A DNA stretch of 64,000 nucleotides from Candidatus Latescibacterota bacterium (GTDB lineage Bacteria; Latescibacterota; UBA2968), in contig OZ242320.1 in assembly GCA_965208125.1 (NCBI GenBank), positions 1,984,001-2,048,000 of the forward strand, written 5' to 3'. Below the pieces are notes generated by a model. That model was not told the origin of the DNA. It was given only the letters and a program-made list of their open reading frames with translations, and ran no database searches. Positions 27,673 to 37,818 of the stretch are shown here, one piece after another. Position 1 is the first letter of the stretch. Each line of letters starts with the position of its first letter. Made by a program: the position numbers and the translations under genes.

Positions 27673-30656
27673 ATCCCCATCCAGCGGTTCAGGCTGTCCA
27701 GTAAGGGCGCGAAGTCGGAATCGTCGCCCATCTCTTCGCGCGCGGCGGCGAGGACGTTGGCGTCCAGGCGCTCTTTGCTGCAGACGCGGTTGTAGATGCA
27801 GTAGTCGCATTCCTGGGATTTTTGTATGTGAAAAAAGCCACCGTTCTCTACCAGTTCGAGCAAGGGGCGCAACACATTGGCGAGTGTTTCGGGTACTGGT
27901 GGTGTTTCTGCAAGCCGACGCCCGTGTTCTCTGTCGCCGGGAAAGACGTAGCCGGATAATTGTACGCGGCCAGGTTCCTGTTGTTGTCTTAAGATCGAAT
28001 TCAGGGCATAGGCGTACAGTGCCCATTGCAAATGCGTGCCGCGTTTGAGCAGGTCCTGTTCGTCGTATTGCGCCATGGATCCGGTTTTGTAATCCCAAAT
28101 TGCAAAGTTGTCTTCGATTCGATCTACGCGGTCAATGCGCCCGCGGATGCGAATCGCGACATCTTCTGCGAGTTCGAGTGTCACAGGGGGTTCGCAATTC
28201 AGCCCGCCCGATTCGCCAAATCCGAAGCTTACTTCAAATCCGATTGGGTCGGCGTTTTTTTGGTCGGATTCGACGGATAGAAATACTTCCGCAGCTTGCG
28301 ATAGGCGTTTGACATCGGCGCGATACGCTGCTTCGTGTTCAACGGGATGGGTTTCTTTTTTGGCTTCTATTTCTCGTTCCAGAAGTTCGCGAATTAGTAT
28401 TCCGTGTTGTTCGCGGTCGGGGCGTTCGCCTCGCGCTTTCAGGAGTTGCAGGAATTTGTGAAATAAGCTGTGTAACAGAGCGCCATAAGACAGGGGGTCG
28501 AGCCATCGCGTGGGGTCGGTTTCGGCTTTTTCTATGGGTTGTATTTCGAGTACATAGTTCAAAAAATACCGGTATGGACATCGGGCGAGCATTTCCAGTT
28601 TTGAGGGTGAAAATATGCGGTGCTGTGCGGTAATCGCCAATTCGGGTGTGGGTGCGCCCAGCCATCCATCGTAGGTCGTCAATCCGCTCCATTCACGCGC
28701 GCGGCGCGCCTTTTGTCCAGAGACCAGGTAGGGGTATGTCCGATGCACAATGGACTCGTAATCGGCTGAGGGGTAATGTGCGAGCAATGCTTCTGCGTCA
28801 TCCAGCGCCTGTGTAGAGTTTTCGGGTAAAGTGGGTACAAGTACAGGGTTGATGTTCATCTGTTCGGCTGCTTGCTGAAAGAGTGCGGCGGGATAGCGCT
28901 CCCGGCTGTCGGATAGGCTTCGATGGCAGGACAATAATGTCACTTTGCTATATGCCATGCCCAGTACGCGGATGAGGTGCCACACTTGCTCGGCGGGTCG
29001 CGTACGGCGCAGTTCCAATTCACCGGATACGTCCGAGCGCTCGCCATCTAATAATATTGGGTCTTCTGTTGCGCCACCAGGGAAGGTGGCTTCGTCCATG
29101 CCCGTGATGTAAATATGTGCGCGATTGGTGTATCCCGCGCGTGCAAGTGGGGCTATTGCCAGATGCCCGGGTTTGGCTGCTTGGGCTTTGAAAGAGAGGT
29201 TGGCGATCAGTTCAGATAGGCGGTTTGCCAGTCGGCGTACAGGCGCTTTGCGGTGTACTGATTGAGCCACGTGGTGCAGGCGATCTCGGATCGCGGTGAG
29301 GACCTCATCTTCGGCGTTTGCAAAGTGCGCGAGAAATTGCAAGCCCGCATTGACCAATGCGTCGAGCGATACACGGGGTCCTCTGGGGATGAGATCGAAT
29401 AAGCGTTTGAGTTCTTCTTCAACAGTTTCGATTTCCCCAGGTGTTAATCCGCGATGGTCGGTTTCCGAGTTTTCGGTGTCTCTGTGGCGCATGTTGGCTT
29501 TTATCTGGTTCAGGGCAGTAAAATAACGCCGAGGACCTTCGCCCTCGCCAATATGCGCGTGTTGGAGGACGGTTGCAATTACAGGTGCGCCTTCAGAGGC
29601 GATCAGGCCCGCGCGGCACATCATTACGAGTTCGTCCGCGGGGTATCCCGCGCCTACCCACCGGTAGAAGTTCACCAGTGCGCGACCGGTTCGGGTTGTC
29701 GAGATTGGTATGCCTTCGGCATAAGTGGCGGGCAGCCCATATCGCTGAACCGCATCGCACAACAGGCTCACATAAGGCATTTCTGAGGTGTAGGCGATTT
29801 CGACGGTATCCAGGGGTATGGTTCCCGATCTTATGTCGCGCAATACGGTGCTGATTTCTGTTTCGGTGCCGAGGGTTTCGCACAGTTGAATTTGAGATTT
29901 GTCTCTGGGTTTCAAGCCGGATATGAATATGTTTCCGCCCGTTCCGATTTTGCCCGTGGTATCGGGATAGGGCACGTTGGGAAAGCGTTTTGCTGCGCTG
30001 TGTGGCGGGGGCGATACACCCATAATATCTCGCCCGATGCGGCAGATATAACTCTGTGTTTTTTTACTTAGATATTCGAATGCCAGTGCAGGTAATGGGG
30101 TTTCGTCCAGGATGGCATAGTGTGTGTTTTGTGAAGGTGTTAGATGGTTCAATGCACGTCGATACAATACGGCGTTATCGTAGAGGTTATCTCTTTCAAA
30201 TGTCGCGCAATACGTCTGGTAAAGTCGCCGTAATACCCGATGCCGCGTGCCCTTCACAGAAAGGGTATCGGGTTCCAGTTCCAAACCCGCTGCACGCAGG
30301 ACGCGCAATGTGCGCAGAAAAGGTCGCGCGAGCGCGGAGGCCTGTTGTGCGAAGTACTCATCATTGACTTCACTTACAGCTTGGGGAATCATTTCATCCA
30401 GCCAGAATAAGTCCGCGTCTTGCGCCATGCGCGAATACCCTTCTGCGATGAGATGGGCACCCGCATCTTTTTCCGCGAGGCTGCGCGGGGTTTCGATTTG
30501 CAAGTTCAGCCACGAATATCCCGTTGCCGCAAGTGCGAGTGCCAGATCGTGCCCTGTGGTCATGGTGGGGACGATCAGGACTTTTGCGTCGATTGGATGC
30601 GCGTCACAAAATGCTTTCAGTTGTGCGAGGTGGTATTGCATGGGATTATTCCTCAC
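27669..30656 (-). CDS. addB: AddB-like PD-(D/E)XK nuclease with Fe-S staple (alternative start ATG at 30641)
   Basis: CPYRY...GRIDRVD..DYKTG..Q...Y...CDYCIYNRVC; translationally coupled to addA. Confidence 0.85.
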   Translation of the reverse strand: MRNNPMQYHLAQLKAFCDAHPIDAKVLIVPTMTTGHDLALALAATGYSWLNLQIETPRSLAEKDAGAHLIAEGYSRMAQDADLFWLDEMIPQAVSEVNDEYFAQQASALARPFLRTLRVLRAAGLELEPDTLSVKGTRHRVLRRLYQTYCATFERDNLYDNAVLYRRALNHLTPSQNTHYAILDETPLPALAFEYLSKKTQSYICRIGRDIMGVSPPPHSAAKRFPNVPYPDTTGKIGTGGNIFISGLKPRDKSQIQLCETLGTETEISTVLRDIRSGTIPLDTVEIAYTSEMPYVSLLCDAVQRYGLPATYAEGIPISTTRTGRALVNFYRWVGAGYPADELVMMCRAGLIASEGAPVIATVLQHAHIGEGEGPRRYFTALNQIKANMRHRDTENSETDHRGLTPGEIETVEEELKRLFDLIPRGPRVSLDALVNAGLQFLAHFANAEDEVLTAIRDRLHHVAQSVHRKAPVRRLANRLSELIANLSFKAQAAKPGHLAIAPLARAGYTNRAHIYITGMDEATFPGGATEDPILLDGERSDVSGELELRRTRPAEQVWHLIRVLGMAYSKVTLLSCHRSLSDSRERYPAALFQQAAEQMNINPVLVPTLPENSTQALDDAEALLAHYPSADYESIVHRTYPYLVSGQKARRAREWSGLTTYDGWLGAPTPELAITAQHRIFSPSKLEMLARCPYRYFLNYVLEIQPIEKAETDPTRWLDPLSYGALLHSLFHKFLQLLKARGERPDREQHGILIRELLEREIEAKKETHPVEHEAAYRADVKRLSQAAEVFLSVESDQKNADPIGFEVSFGFGESGGLNCEPPVTLELAEDVAIRIRGRIDRVDRIEDNFAIWDYKTGSMAQYDEQDLLKRGTHLQWALYAYALNSILRQQQEPGRVQLSGYVFPGDREHGRRLAETPPVPETLANVLRPLLELVENGGFFHIQKSQECDYCIYNRVCSKERLDANVLAAAREEMGDDSDFAPLLDSLNRWMGI

Positions 30657-33115
30657 TCATATCTCAATGTCTCGACGGGATTTGTTCGGGCGGCTTTCCA
30701 CGCCTGTGTGCTTACGGTTAATAGCGCGATTCCCAATGTCAAGAAGCTTCCCAGGACGAATGGGGTTGCGCTGAGTTCGATCCGATAGGCAAAATGCTGC
30801 AACCATCGATCCATCGCCAGATAAATAATTGGATAGGCGATCAGATTTGCTATTCCGACGAGTATGATAAAGTCTCTGCACAGGAGTATTACGAGATTCC
30901 AGACGGATGCGCCCATTGTTTTGCGTATGCCTATTTCTTTTGTGCGCTGTTCTGCGGTGAAGGCTGCCAGACCCAGTAGTCCCAGACACGCGACAAAGAT
31001 CGCGATGACAAATGCCGCGGTGAATATTTGTCCCGTGCGCTGGTCGTCCCGATACCAGCGTTCCAACTGGTCGGACGCAAAGGCGATTTCGGGCGAGCGG
31101 GTGGGGAGAAATTGCGACCAGGTACGTTGTAGAAATGCCATTGTTTCGGGGGAAGGTCGAATCCGCATGGAGAGGTGGCTGAGGCGATACCACGCGGCTG
31201 TGATGACCAGCGGTTCGATGGTTTCGTAGAGGGGTCGATAGTGAAAGTCTTTGACCACGCCGATTACATGTCCTTTCCGAACGTGTGAGTTCAGTATTTT
31301 TCCTATGGGGTCTGTCCAGCCAAATACTTTTACTGCGGTTTCGTTCAGGACGAATAATTCGCCGGGTTTGCCGCGTCTTTCCCACGCGCGTTCTGCGTAC
31401 GTGCGGTCGTAATTTCGCCCGGACAGCAGGGGAATGTCGTAGCAGTCTATAAATGCCTCGTCTGCGCCAAATACCCGCACTTCAACGCCCCGGTCCGGGT
31501 CGCCTTCTGGGAAGAACCACTCGCGATTAGGCCAGCTGTTTCCCGGCAAATGCGATGTTGCCGATACGGTTGAGATATTCGGGTGTTGTGCAAATGCGTC
31601 TTTTATCTGAAGATACCGCTTTTGCAACTGTCCGCCATCGCTCTGATATCGGTCTTGCCGGAAGATTGAGGCGACGACGACTTCATCTTTGTTAAATCCC
31701 AGGTCTTTTTCTCGGATCAATCGCATCTGATTGGCTACAATGATGGTTCCTATGATTAATATAATTGAAATGACAAATTGCAGTACGACGAGTCCTTTTC
31801 GCACGCTGGCCTGAGCTGATCCGGCTTTGATTGCTCCGCCTTTCAATACGGTTGCGGGTTCGAATGCAGAGAGGTAGAGTGCGGGATAACTTCCGGATAA
31901 TAGCCCGACGAAGAGGGTGATTCCCAGGATCCAGAGGGTCAATCCGCTGTCTATAGTCAGGTTTTCCTGCACAAATGCGCTGAATGGAGGTAGTGCGAGA
32001 TATACCAATCCGAGTGCTACACAGGCCGATAGGGCGGATAAGAGGAGGGATTCACCAAGGAATTGCTTTATGAGATGCGAGCGATATGCGCCCACGACTT
32101 TTCGGAGTCCCACTTCTTTCGCGCGGCTGGCGGATCGGGCTGTGGAGAGGTTCATGAAGTTGATACAGGCTATTGTGAGGATGAAGAATCCCACGAGTCC
32201 CAGCAGATAGATTTGCTGTATGTCTTTGTAGGGTCTTCCCGCGTCGCCCGTAAATCCGGGCATATCGGCTTTGGAATACAGGTGCATGCGCGAGATGGGA
32301 TGGAGATAATAGCGCACGGTTTCGCTTTCGTCTTCTGCGATTTCCGCGTAGCGTTCGACCAGTTCCGGCAATTTCCGGGCGATGTCTTCGGGTTTGGCTC
32401 CGGGTTTCAGGCGCAGGTATGTGTTTGCCGGGCGCGAGTACGCTGGCGGCAACCAGTGATCCCACGATCTGCGTTGGCGAACGCCCTGCGGCATTGTGGC
32501 GGTGATGAAGTCATATTGAAACCGGGAGTTGTCGGGTGCTCGTCGAATGACGCCCGTGATTTGATATGTGCCGCCAAACAGGTTGTGATCTACGGTGATT
32601 GTTTTGCCAACTGGATCGGTAGAACCAAAGAATTTCCGTGCCACAGGTTCTGTTATAACTACGGAAAAGGGGTCTTGTAATGCGGTTTGGGGATCGCCTG
32701 CCAATACGTCGATGCCGAAGAATGCGAATACGTTGGGGTCGCTTAGCCAGAACATCTGTTGAAATGATTTTTCCCCAGAGGTTATCCATCTGAGACCAGC
32801 CCAAAATCGCGTGGCGTCTTCCACGTCTGGAAATTCTTCGGTCAGTACGGTTGCCAATGGTCCCTGTTGCCCTGTGTTCCACGCTATCCGCCCGTTTGCA
32901 TGGCGGGTTTGTTTCATGACGCGGTAGGTGCGCGCTACTTCTGGGCGAAATCGGTCGTAACTCAGTTCATAGGAGATGTAGATCGCGAGTAATACCGCAC
33001 ACGCCATTCCAAGTGCCAGTCCGGACAGGTTGATCAACGAATAGCCCGGATGTCTCAACAGGTTGCGGACGGCGATGGTGAGGTAGTTTTTTGCGAGGTA
33101 GATCGTTTGTTTCAT
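30653..33115 (-). CDS. MacB/FtsX-type ABC permease (double domain)
   Basis: ACINFMNLSTARS..RAKEVG, EQRTKEIGIRK, C-terminal LRYE. Confidence 0.92.
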   Translation of the reverse strand: MKQTIYLAKNYLTIAVRNLLRHPGYSLINLSGLALGMACAVLLAIYISYELSYDRFRPEVARTYRVMKQTRHANGRIAWNTGQQGPLATVLTEEFPDVEDATRFWAGLRWITSGEKSFQQMFWLSDPNVFAFFGIDVLAGDPQTALQDPFSVVITEPVARKFFGSTDPVGKTITVDHNLFGGTYQITGVIRRAPDNSRFQYDFITATMPQGVRQRRSWDHWLPPAYSRPANTYLRLKPGAKPEDIARKLPELVERYAEIAEDESETVRYYLHPISRMHLYSKADMPGFTGDAGRPYKDIQQIYLLGLVGFFILTIACINFMNLSTARSASRAKEVGLRKVVGAYRSHLIKQFLGESLLLSALSACVALGLVYLALPPFSAFVQENLTIDSGLTLWILGITLFVGLLSGSYPALYLSAFEPATVLKGGAIKAGSAQASVRKGLVVLQFVISIILIIGTIIVANQMRLIREKDLGFNKDEVVVASIFRQDRYQSDGGQLQKRYLQIKDAFAQHPNISTVSATSHLPGNSWPNREWFFPEGDPDRGVEVRVFGADEAFIDCYDIPLLSGRNYDRTYAERAWERRGKPGELFVLNETAVKVFGWTDPIGKILNSHVRKGHVIGVVKDFHYRPLYETIEPLVITAAWYRLSHLSMRIRPSPETMAFLQRTWSQFLPTRSPEIAFASDQLERWYRDDQRTGQIFTAAFVIAIFVACLGLLGLAAFTAEQRTKEIGIRKTMGASVWNLVILLCRDFIILVGIANLIAYPIIYLAMDRWLQHFAYRIELSATPFVLGSFLTLGIALLTVSTQAWKAARTNPVETLRYE

Positions 33116-33224
33116 GGGATATTTGATTTCGATGTGGTTATTTGGTCTTTTTTATCTTACTTAGAGATGTATCTTTGTTCAAGGAGTTTTTCTTGAACTA
33201 TATAAAGATAAGGAGAGCAGTCCG

Positions 33225-34541
33225 ATGCAATATGGTAGCCCGATTTTATATAAGCGCGTGGAGATTCCGCCTGAGTTCTGCGTTACGGGAGAGGAGGGTA
33301 CCTATGGCGGTGATATCCGGATGGGCGATCTTGAGGGAAAGGGGCGGGCGGATTTTCTGGTGTACCGATCGGTTGACGATGCCCATGACGGCGGGGGTAT
33401 GAAGCCGTGTTTTCTCGGTGCTTTTACCGCAGATGGCGAGGTTCTGTGGCAGGTGGGAGAGGGTGGCGTCCAGCCCAGCCGGCCAGGTCCTGTCGCTATT
33501 TGCGATATTGATGGCGATGGTGCTGAGGAGGTTGTTTGCTTTTTTCTGGACCCCGCGGTTGAGGCGGATTCCGATTCAATGGCAAATGTCGTTGTTCAGA
33601 TTCGGGACGGGGCGAATGGCGATCTCGTGAAGCAAGAGAGTCCCACTGAGTTGCGGTCGTGTCGGGGACAGGGGGCGAATTGGGTGCATCAGCGTCTTAT
33701 GATTGCCAATTTTCGGGGGACCGATACGCCTCGAGACTTTGTGATTAAGCTCGGAGGCAAGGTCATTGCTTTTGATGAGGATCTTCGGGTTCTCTGGACC
33801 TATGAAACTGAGTGGACCGAGTACAGCCGATGCCCTGCGTACATTCCCTCGGTCGGAGATATTGACGGTGATGGCAGGGATGAGGTCAATGGCGGGTATT
33901 TTTTATTAGATCACGATGGGACAGTTCTCTGGGAAGAGCAACTTGGATGGAATATGGATTCGGTGTCTATCGCGGAGTGGGATAACGGGCAGGTGCGGGC
34001 CATTTGCTCTGGGTTTGGGCATGTGATGGACGGTTACGGGAATGTGGTTCTGCGTCTCGGCGAGGAGAAGGTTCCCCACGGTCAGGAGGTCAGGGTGGCG
34101 CGATTTAGCGCGCACGATCCGTCTCCCCAGATGGTGATTCGATATCAGGGGCACAATACGGATGTTATGGTCATTGATACAAAGGGGGACTGTCTCAACG
34201 ATTTCCGGCTCAATCCTTCGCGCAACAATACGGGTATGGAGGTCGTGTACTGGAATGGAGCGGACGCGCCTGCGCTTCTGTACAATGGTGGGATGCTATG
34301 GGAGCCTATTGAGGGGACTTCTATCCCATTGCCGGGTCTTCCGGCTCCTGAACCCGTTGGACGCATGGCCTGGTATCACTGCATTCCAGCAGATGTGTGC
34401 GGAGATGAACGGGAAGAGGTGGTTCTGTACAATCCGTGGGATTCTGCCATCTATATTTATACCCCACATCCTCTGGACGAGAGTCTGTATCGCGGATACC
34501 AGTCCTCTGCGAGGCAATACAATGTCAGGCTGATGGATTAA
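33225..34541 (+). CDS. FG-GAP-repeat beta-propeller (rhamnogalacturonan lyase PL11-like)
   Basis: DIDGDGAEE, DIDGDGRDE, DVCGDEREE Ca-blade motifs. Confidence 0.65.
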   Translation: MQYGSPILYKRVEIPPEFCVTGEEGTYGGDIRMGDLEGKGRADFLVYRSVDDAHDGGGMKPCFLGAFTADGEVLWQVGEGGVQPSRPGPVAICDIDGDGAEEVVCFFLDPAVEADSDSMANVVVQIRDGANGDLVKQESPTELRSCRGQGANWVHQRLMIANFRGTDTPRDFVIKLGGKVIAFDEDLRVLWTYETEWTEYSRCPAYIPSVGDIDGDGRDEVNGGYFLLDHDGTVLWEEQLGWNMDSVSIAEWDNGQVRAICSGFGHVMDGYGNVVLRLGEEKVPHGQEVRVARFSAHDPSPQMVIRYQGHNTDVMVIDTKGDCLNDFRLNPSRNNTGMEVVYWNGADAPALLYNGGMLWEPIEGTSIPLPGLPAPEPVGRMAWYHCIPADVCGDEREEVVLYNPWDSAIYIYTPHPLDESLYRGYQSSARQYNVRLMD

Positions 34542-34575
34542 GGGCGGCGCTCAGCCTTCAGGAGGAGATGGCAAC

Positions 34576-34941
34576 ATGAGTAATTTGAGTTTACTGACCG
34601 GCGTTTACGCAGATGTCGAGGCTTATGCCGTGCTGATAGATAGGGTAATTGAACGGCTGGGACGAGGAGAGATCGGTTCGCCCGATCCAGATCAGAAGAG
34701 ACTTGGACAACTTCTCGTTGATGCCAGTGATCAGGGCCTCGAATCACAATCTCTTGAGGCTCTGACTCTGGACAGCTTGCTACGGTCAAACACCGGCGAG
34801 CCTTTGCCAGGTCTGAAGAGGCTTGGCGAGTGCCTGCTCAGTGGCAAAGTTGATATCAACTATCATAAACAGTTAGAGACGCTTGCCCAAAGACTGGAAC
34901 AGGAACGGGTGGGGATAGCTCGTCAACTATGGGGACGTTAA
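34576..34941 (+). CDS. Hypothetical helical protein (121 aa)
   Basis: Strong AGGAGG RBS; no recognisable motif. Confidence 0.7.
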   Translation: MSNLSLLTGVYADVEAYAVLIDRVIERLGRGEIGSPDPDQKRLGQLLVDASDQGLESQSLEALTLDSLLRSNTGEPLPGLKRLGECLLSGKVDINYHKQLETLAQRLEQERVGIARQLWGR

Positions 34942-34981
34942 TTGACCAATCACTGGATCGGGCACGACATTTATACCAATC

Positions 34982-35239
34982 TTACGGCTTCCTATAAATC
35001 TCATGAGTCCCAACTCGGCGCAGACGGTAGGTATCGCCCACGATCTTGAATGTGAACCTGTAACTTTCGGTGACGCGGGCTTCCCAGATATCGGTTTGCC
35101 CTCGCATCTTCCGGGTCTGAAGAGAACCGTGATGTGGATTAGCAAAGAGAAGCGAGAGTTGTTTGTCAACACGCTCCTGGATGTTCTGTGGCAGTCGCGC
35201 ATAGTCGCGGTCAAATGATTTCTCAGTGACGATTTTCAT
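34982..35239 (-). CDS. RelE/ParE-superfamily toxin
   Basis: 85 aa; F.RDY..LP, NPHHGSL, WEARV...YRFTF, VGTH; ATGA overlap with the antitoxin gene. Confidence 0.8.
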   Translation of the reverse strand: MKIVTEKSFDRDYARLPQNIQERVDKQLSLLFANPHHGSLQTRKMRGQTDIWEARVTESYRFTFKIVGDTYRLRRVGTHEIYRKP

Positions 35240-35658
35240 GCACGCTGTTTATGAAGGTGGGCAAGGAGACCCTCTGCCGTTTCAAATTCACTGGAAGACC
35301 GGCCCTCTCGCTCGTCTCGCTCAGCTTCTCGCTCGCCTTTCTGCCATGACTCCAGCCACCAGTACTTCTGCTCTGGATCGATGAGACCTGCTTTTGTAGC
35401 CACGTTGACCTCTGCCTCGGTTAATCCTTTGGAATTAAGCATATCCTCGTTGATGGTCTTGATCTTGTCTTTTGCCCGCGCGAGAATCCGTTGTTCTTTT
35501 TTTGAAAGCTCTGGGGGACTCATCTGCTGCGGTATGAGGACGACTTTTCCATTCTCTTCAATTACCTCAATCATATCACCCACTTTGAGGCCGAGTTTCT
35601 CAAACACCGGCTTGGGGATAGTGATCCGGTGGCTGGAGGTAATTTTCGAATGTGGCAT
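35236..35658 (-). CDS. AbrB/MazE-family antitoxin
   Basis: ITIPKPVFEKLGLKVGD swapped-hairpin motif; C-terminal QKYWW.ESWQKGEREA. Confidence 0.85.
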   Translation of the reverse strand: MPHSKITSSHRITIPKPVFEKLGLKVGDMIEVIEENGKVVLIPQQMSPPELSKKEQRILARAKDKIKTINEDMLNSKGLTEAEVNVATKAGLIDPEQKYWWLESWQKGEREAERDEREGRSSSEFETAEGLLAHLHKQRA

Positions 35659-35760
35659 TCCGCGTCTCCTGTTTTATCATTGCAAGTGAAGATAATACTG
35701 AACATAGAACAAAATTAAAAAGCCCTGAAAAAAAGTCAATGGCTTGATGATAGGCAAAAC

Positions 35761-35791
35761 CACTGGATCGCGGCTAAAACCCTGCCGCGAT
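35761..35791. repeat. REP-like GC hairpin
   Basis: ATCGCGGC-TAAAACCCT-GCCGCGAT; the leading CACTGGATCG recurs at 34951-34960. Confidence 0.6.
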
Positions 35792-35854
35792 GATGAGGGC
35801 TGGTCGGGCTGATGGATCAGGTCATGCCAGTGATGCAAGTTATTTATTGCACTA

Positions 35855-36179
35855 CTGGTAAGTATTTGTCAACAGATTTGTTGACAAATATTACTAAAAA
35901 AACAACAGGGAAGCAATAACGTCATAATAAACAAGTCTTTGCTTGCAGTTCAATGAGTTGTTCTTGAGGCTCATTCAACAAGCCTATTGCACCTTCGCCT
36001 ATGGCAAGGGGCAGGGGAAGAGTCAACCGCGAGTTTTTTTGTTATGTCTTCCACATAAATTTGGAGTGATATTTTAAGTTAGCTGGTAAATATTTGTCAA
36101 CAGATTTGTTGACAAATATTGTTAAAAAATGATCAAGGAACAATAAAGTTATAATAAACAAGTCTTTGCTTGTAGTTCA
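35855..36179. repeat. Direct repeat of about 97 bp (35855-35952 and 36083-36179) containing the ALS gene 3' end and a 28-bp palindrome
   Basis: TATTTGTCAACAGATTTGTTGACAAATA and ATAATAAACAAGTCTTTGCTTG are present in both copies. Confidence 0.92.
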
Positions 36180-37804
36180 TCAACGAGCACTTTCTGGTTT
36201 TCAGAGTAATCCACAGGTACTTCGACGAGGTGTACGCCGCCTTTGGCATAACATTTCTCCAGCAGGGGGACTGTCATTTCTGTGGATTTCACGCGGTGCC
36301 CATGCGCGCCATAACTGTTGGCGTACATGACAAAATCCGGGTTGTCAAATTCCAGTCCAAAATCGGGAAGCCCCATCCCGTATTGTTTCCAGCGGATCAT
36401 ACCGTAGGCATTGTCCCTCAAGATCAGGACGACGAGATTGAGGTTGAGTCTTACGGCTGTTTCCAATTCCTGGCTGTTCATCATAAAACCACCGTCGCCA
36501 CAGATTGCCATGACCCGCCGGTTGGGATAAAACCGCGCGGCTTCCATTGCCGAGGGCAGGCCCGCGCCCATGGTGGCAAGGGCGTTGTCCAGCAATACGG
36601 TATTGGGTTGCGTGGTTGGGTAGTTGCGCGCAAACCAGATTTTGTACACGCCGTTATCCAGCGCAATAATGCCGTCTTCGGGCATGACTTTGCGGACGTC
36701 CCAGACGAGGCGCTGTGGTTTTATGGGGAAGCTGTTGTCGTTTTCTCCTATACGAATGTGTTCCTGGATTTGGTCGCGAATGCGCATGTAATAGTCAAAG
36801 TCGTGCGAGGCTGTTTTGCAGGTTTTGTCGGCGAGGCGCTGGATCGTGTTTGCAATGTCGCCTACTACTTCCAGTTGTGGAAAATAGACATTATCTACCA
36901 CGGCGGATTGGAAGTTGATGTGGATGACCCGGGTTGCCCCTTCGTCGTGTGACATGAAAAATGGCGGTTTTTCCACGACATCGTGCCCGACGTTTATGAT
37001 CAAATCGGCGCGTTCAATGGCGCAGTGGAGATAGTCGCCGTCGGAGAGTGCTGCGGTGCCCAAAAACAGGGGGTGGAGGCCGCCAACGACACCTTTGCCT
37101 AACTGGGTATTGAAAAAGGGGATGCCGGTTTTGTCGAGGAAGTGCGCCACGGATTCCCAGATGCGCTTGCGGTTGGTGCCCGCGCCCAGGAGGAGCAAGG
37201 GCCGCGTGGCTTCTTTGATCATTTTTACCGCGTCGTCAATGGCGCGTTCATTGGCGTCGCCGCGCCTGCATGTGCTGATGTTAAAGACCGGCGTGGTGTG
37301 TTCGTCAACGGGTTCTTCGGCGACATCTTCCGGCAATTCCAGGTGTACGGCGCCGGGGCGCTCTTCTTGCGCCAGGCGAAATGCCTCCCGCACCATGGAG
37401 GGGATCATATCTACGTTGACGATTTGTCGGGTGTATTTTGTGAGGGGTTCCATCATGCTCACGACGTCTATGATCTGAAATTGGCCCTGTTTGCTCTTTT
37501 TGATGGGTTTTTGGCCCGTGATCATGAGCAGGGGCATGCCGCCCAGTTGGGCATAGGCTGCACCTGTCACAAAATTGGTTGCGCCGGGACCGAGCGTGGC
37601 GAGGCAGACGCCCGCTTTGCCCGTGAGCCGTCCATAGGTTGCAGCCATAAACGCGGCTCCCTGTTCGTGGCGGGTCAGGATGAGTTTGATGCTCGATTTG
37701 CGAAGGGCTTCCAGAAAGGCGAGGTTTTCTTCTCCTGGCACGCCGTAGATATATTCCACGCCTTCATTTTCCAGTGCTTTGACAAATAGGTCCGAAGCGT
37801 TCAT
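36149..37804 (-). CDS. Acetolactate synthase large subunit-like ThDP enzyme
   Basis: GVPGEEN, RHEQGAAFMA, LGPGATN, GDGGF..N ThDP motif. Confidence 0.92.
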   Translation of the reverse strand: MNASDLFVKALENEGVEYIYGVPGEENLAFLEALRKSSIKLILTRHEQGAAFMAATYGRLTGKAGVCLATLGPGATNFVTGAAYAQLGGMPLLMITGQKPIKKSKQGQFQIIDVVSMMEPLTKYTRQIVNVDMIPSMVREAFRLAQEERPGAVHLELPEDVAEEPVDEHTTPVFNISTCRRGDANERAIDDAVKMIKEATRPLLLLGAGTNRKRIWESVAHFLDKTGIPFFNTQLGKGVVGGLHPLFLGTAALSDGDYLHCAIERADLIINVGHDVVEKPPFFMSHDEGATRVIHINFQSAVVDNVYFPQLEVVGDIANTIQRLADKTCKTASHDFDYYMRIRDQIQEHIRIGENDNSFPIKPQRLVWDVRKVMPEDGIIALDNGVYKIWFARNYPTTQPNTVLLDNALATMGAGLPSAMEAARFYPNRRVMAICGDGGFMMNSQELETAVRLNLNLVVLILRDNAYGMIRWKQYGMGLPDFGLEFDNPDFVMYANSYGAHGHRVKSTEMTVPLLEKCYAKGGVHLVEVPVDYSENQKVLVDELQAKTCLL

Positions 37805-37818
37805 CGCTTCCTCCGGGT

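Noticed and set aside
27673-28098. N-terminal extension of AddA in the ORF track; similar extensions on dnaN, the flavin monooxygenase, the 2-hydroxyacid dehydrogenase and the 10729 sulfatase
   Set aside because: They overlap upstream genes or intergenic repeats; downstream starts with an RBS or stop-start coupling fit better.
24463-30656. Helicase-nuclease pair as a novel defence system
   Set aside because: Motifs, Fe-S staple and gene order match housekeeping AddAB.
30639-33120. ATCCCATG shared at the addB and permease starts as an insertion scar
   Set aside because: Only 8 bp including the start codon, and it also occurs at the 62449 permease start; too weak.
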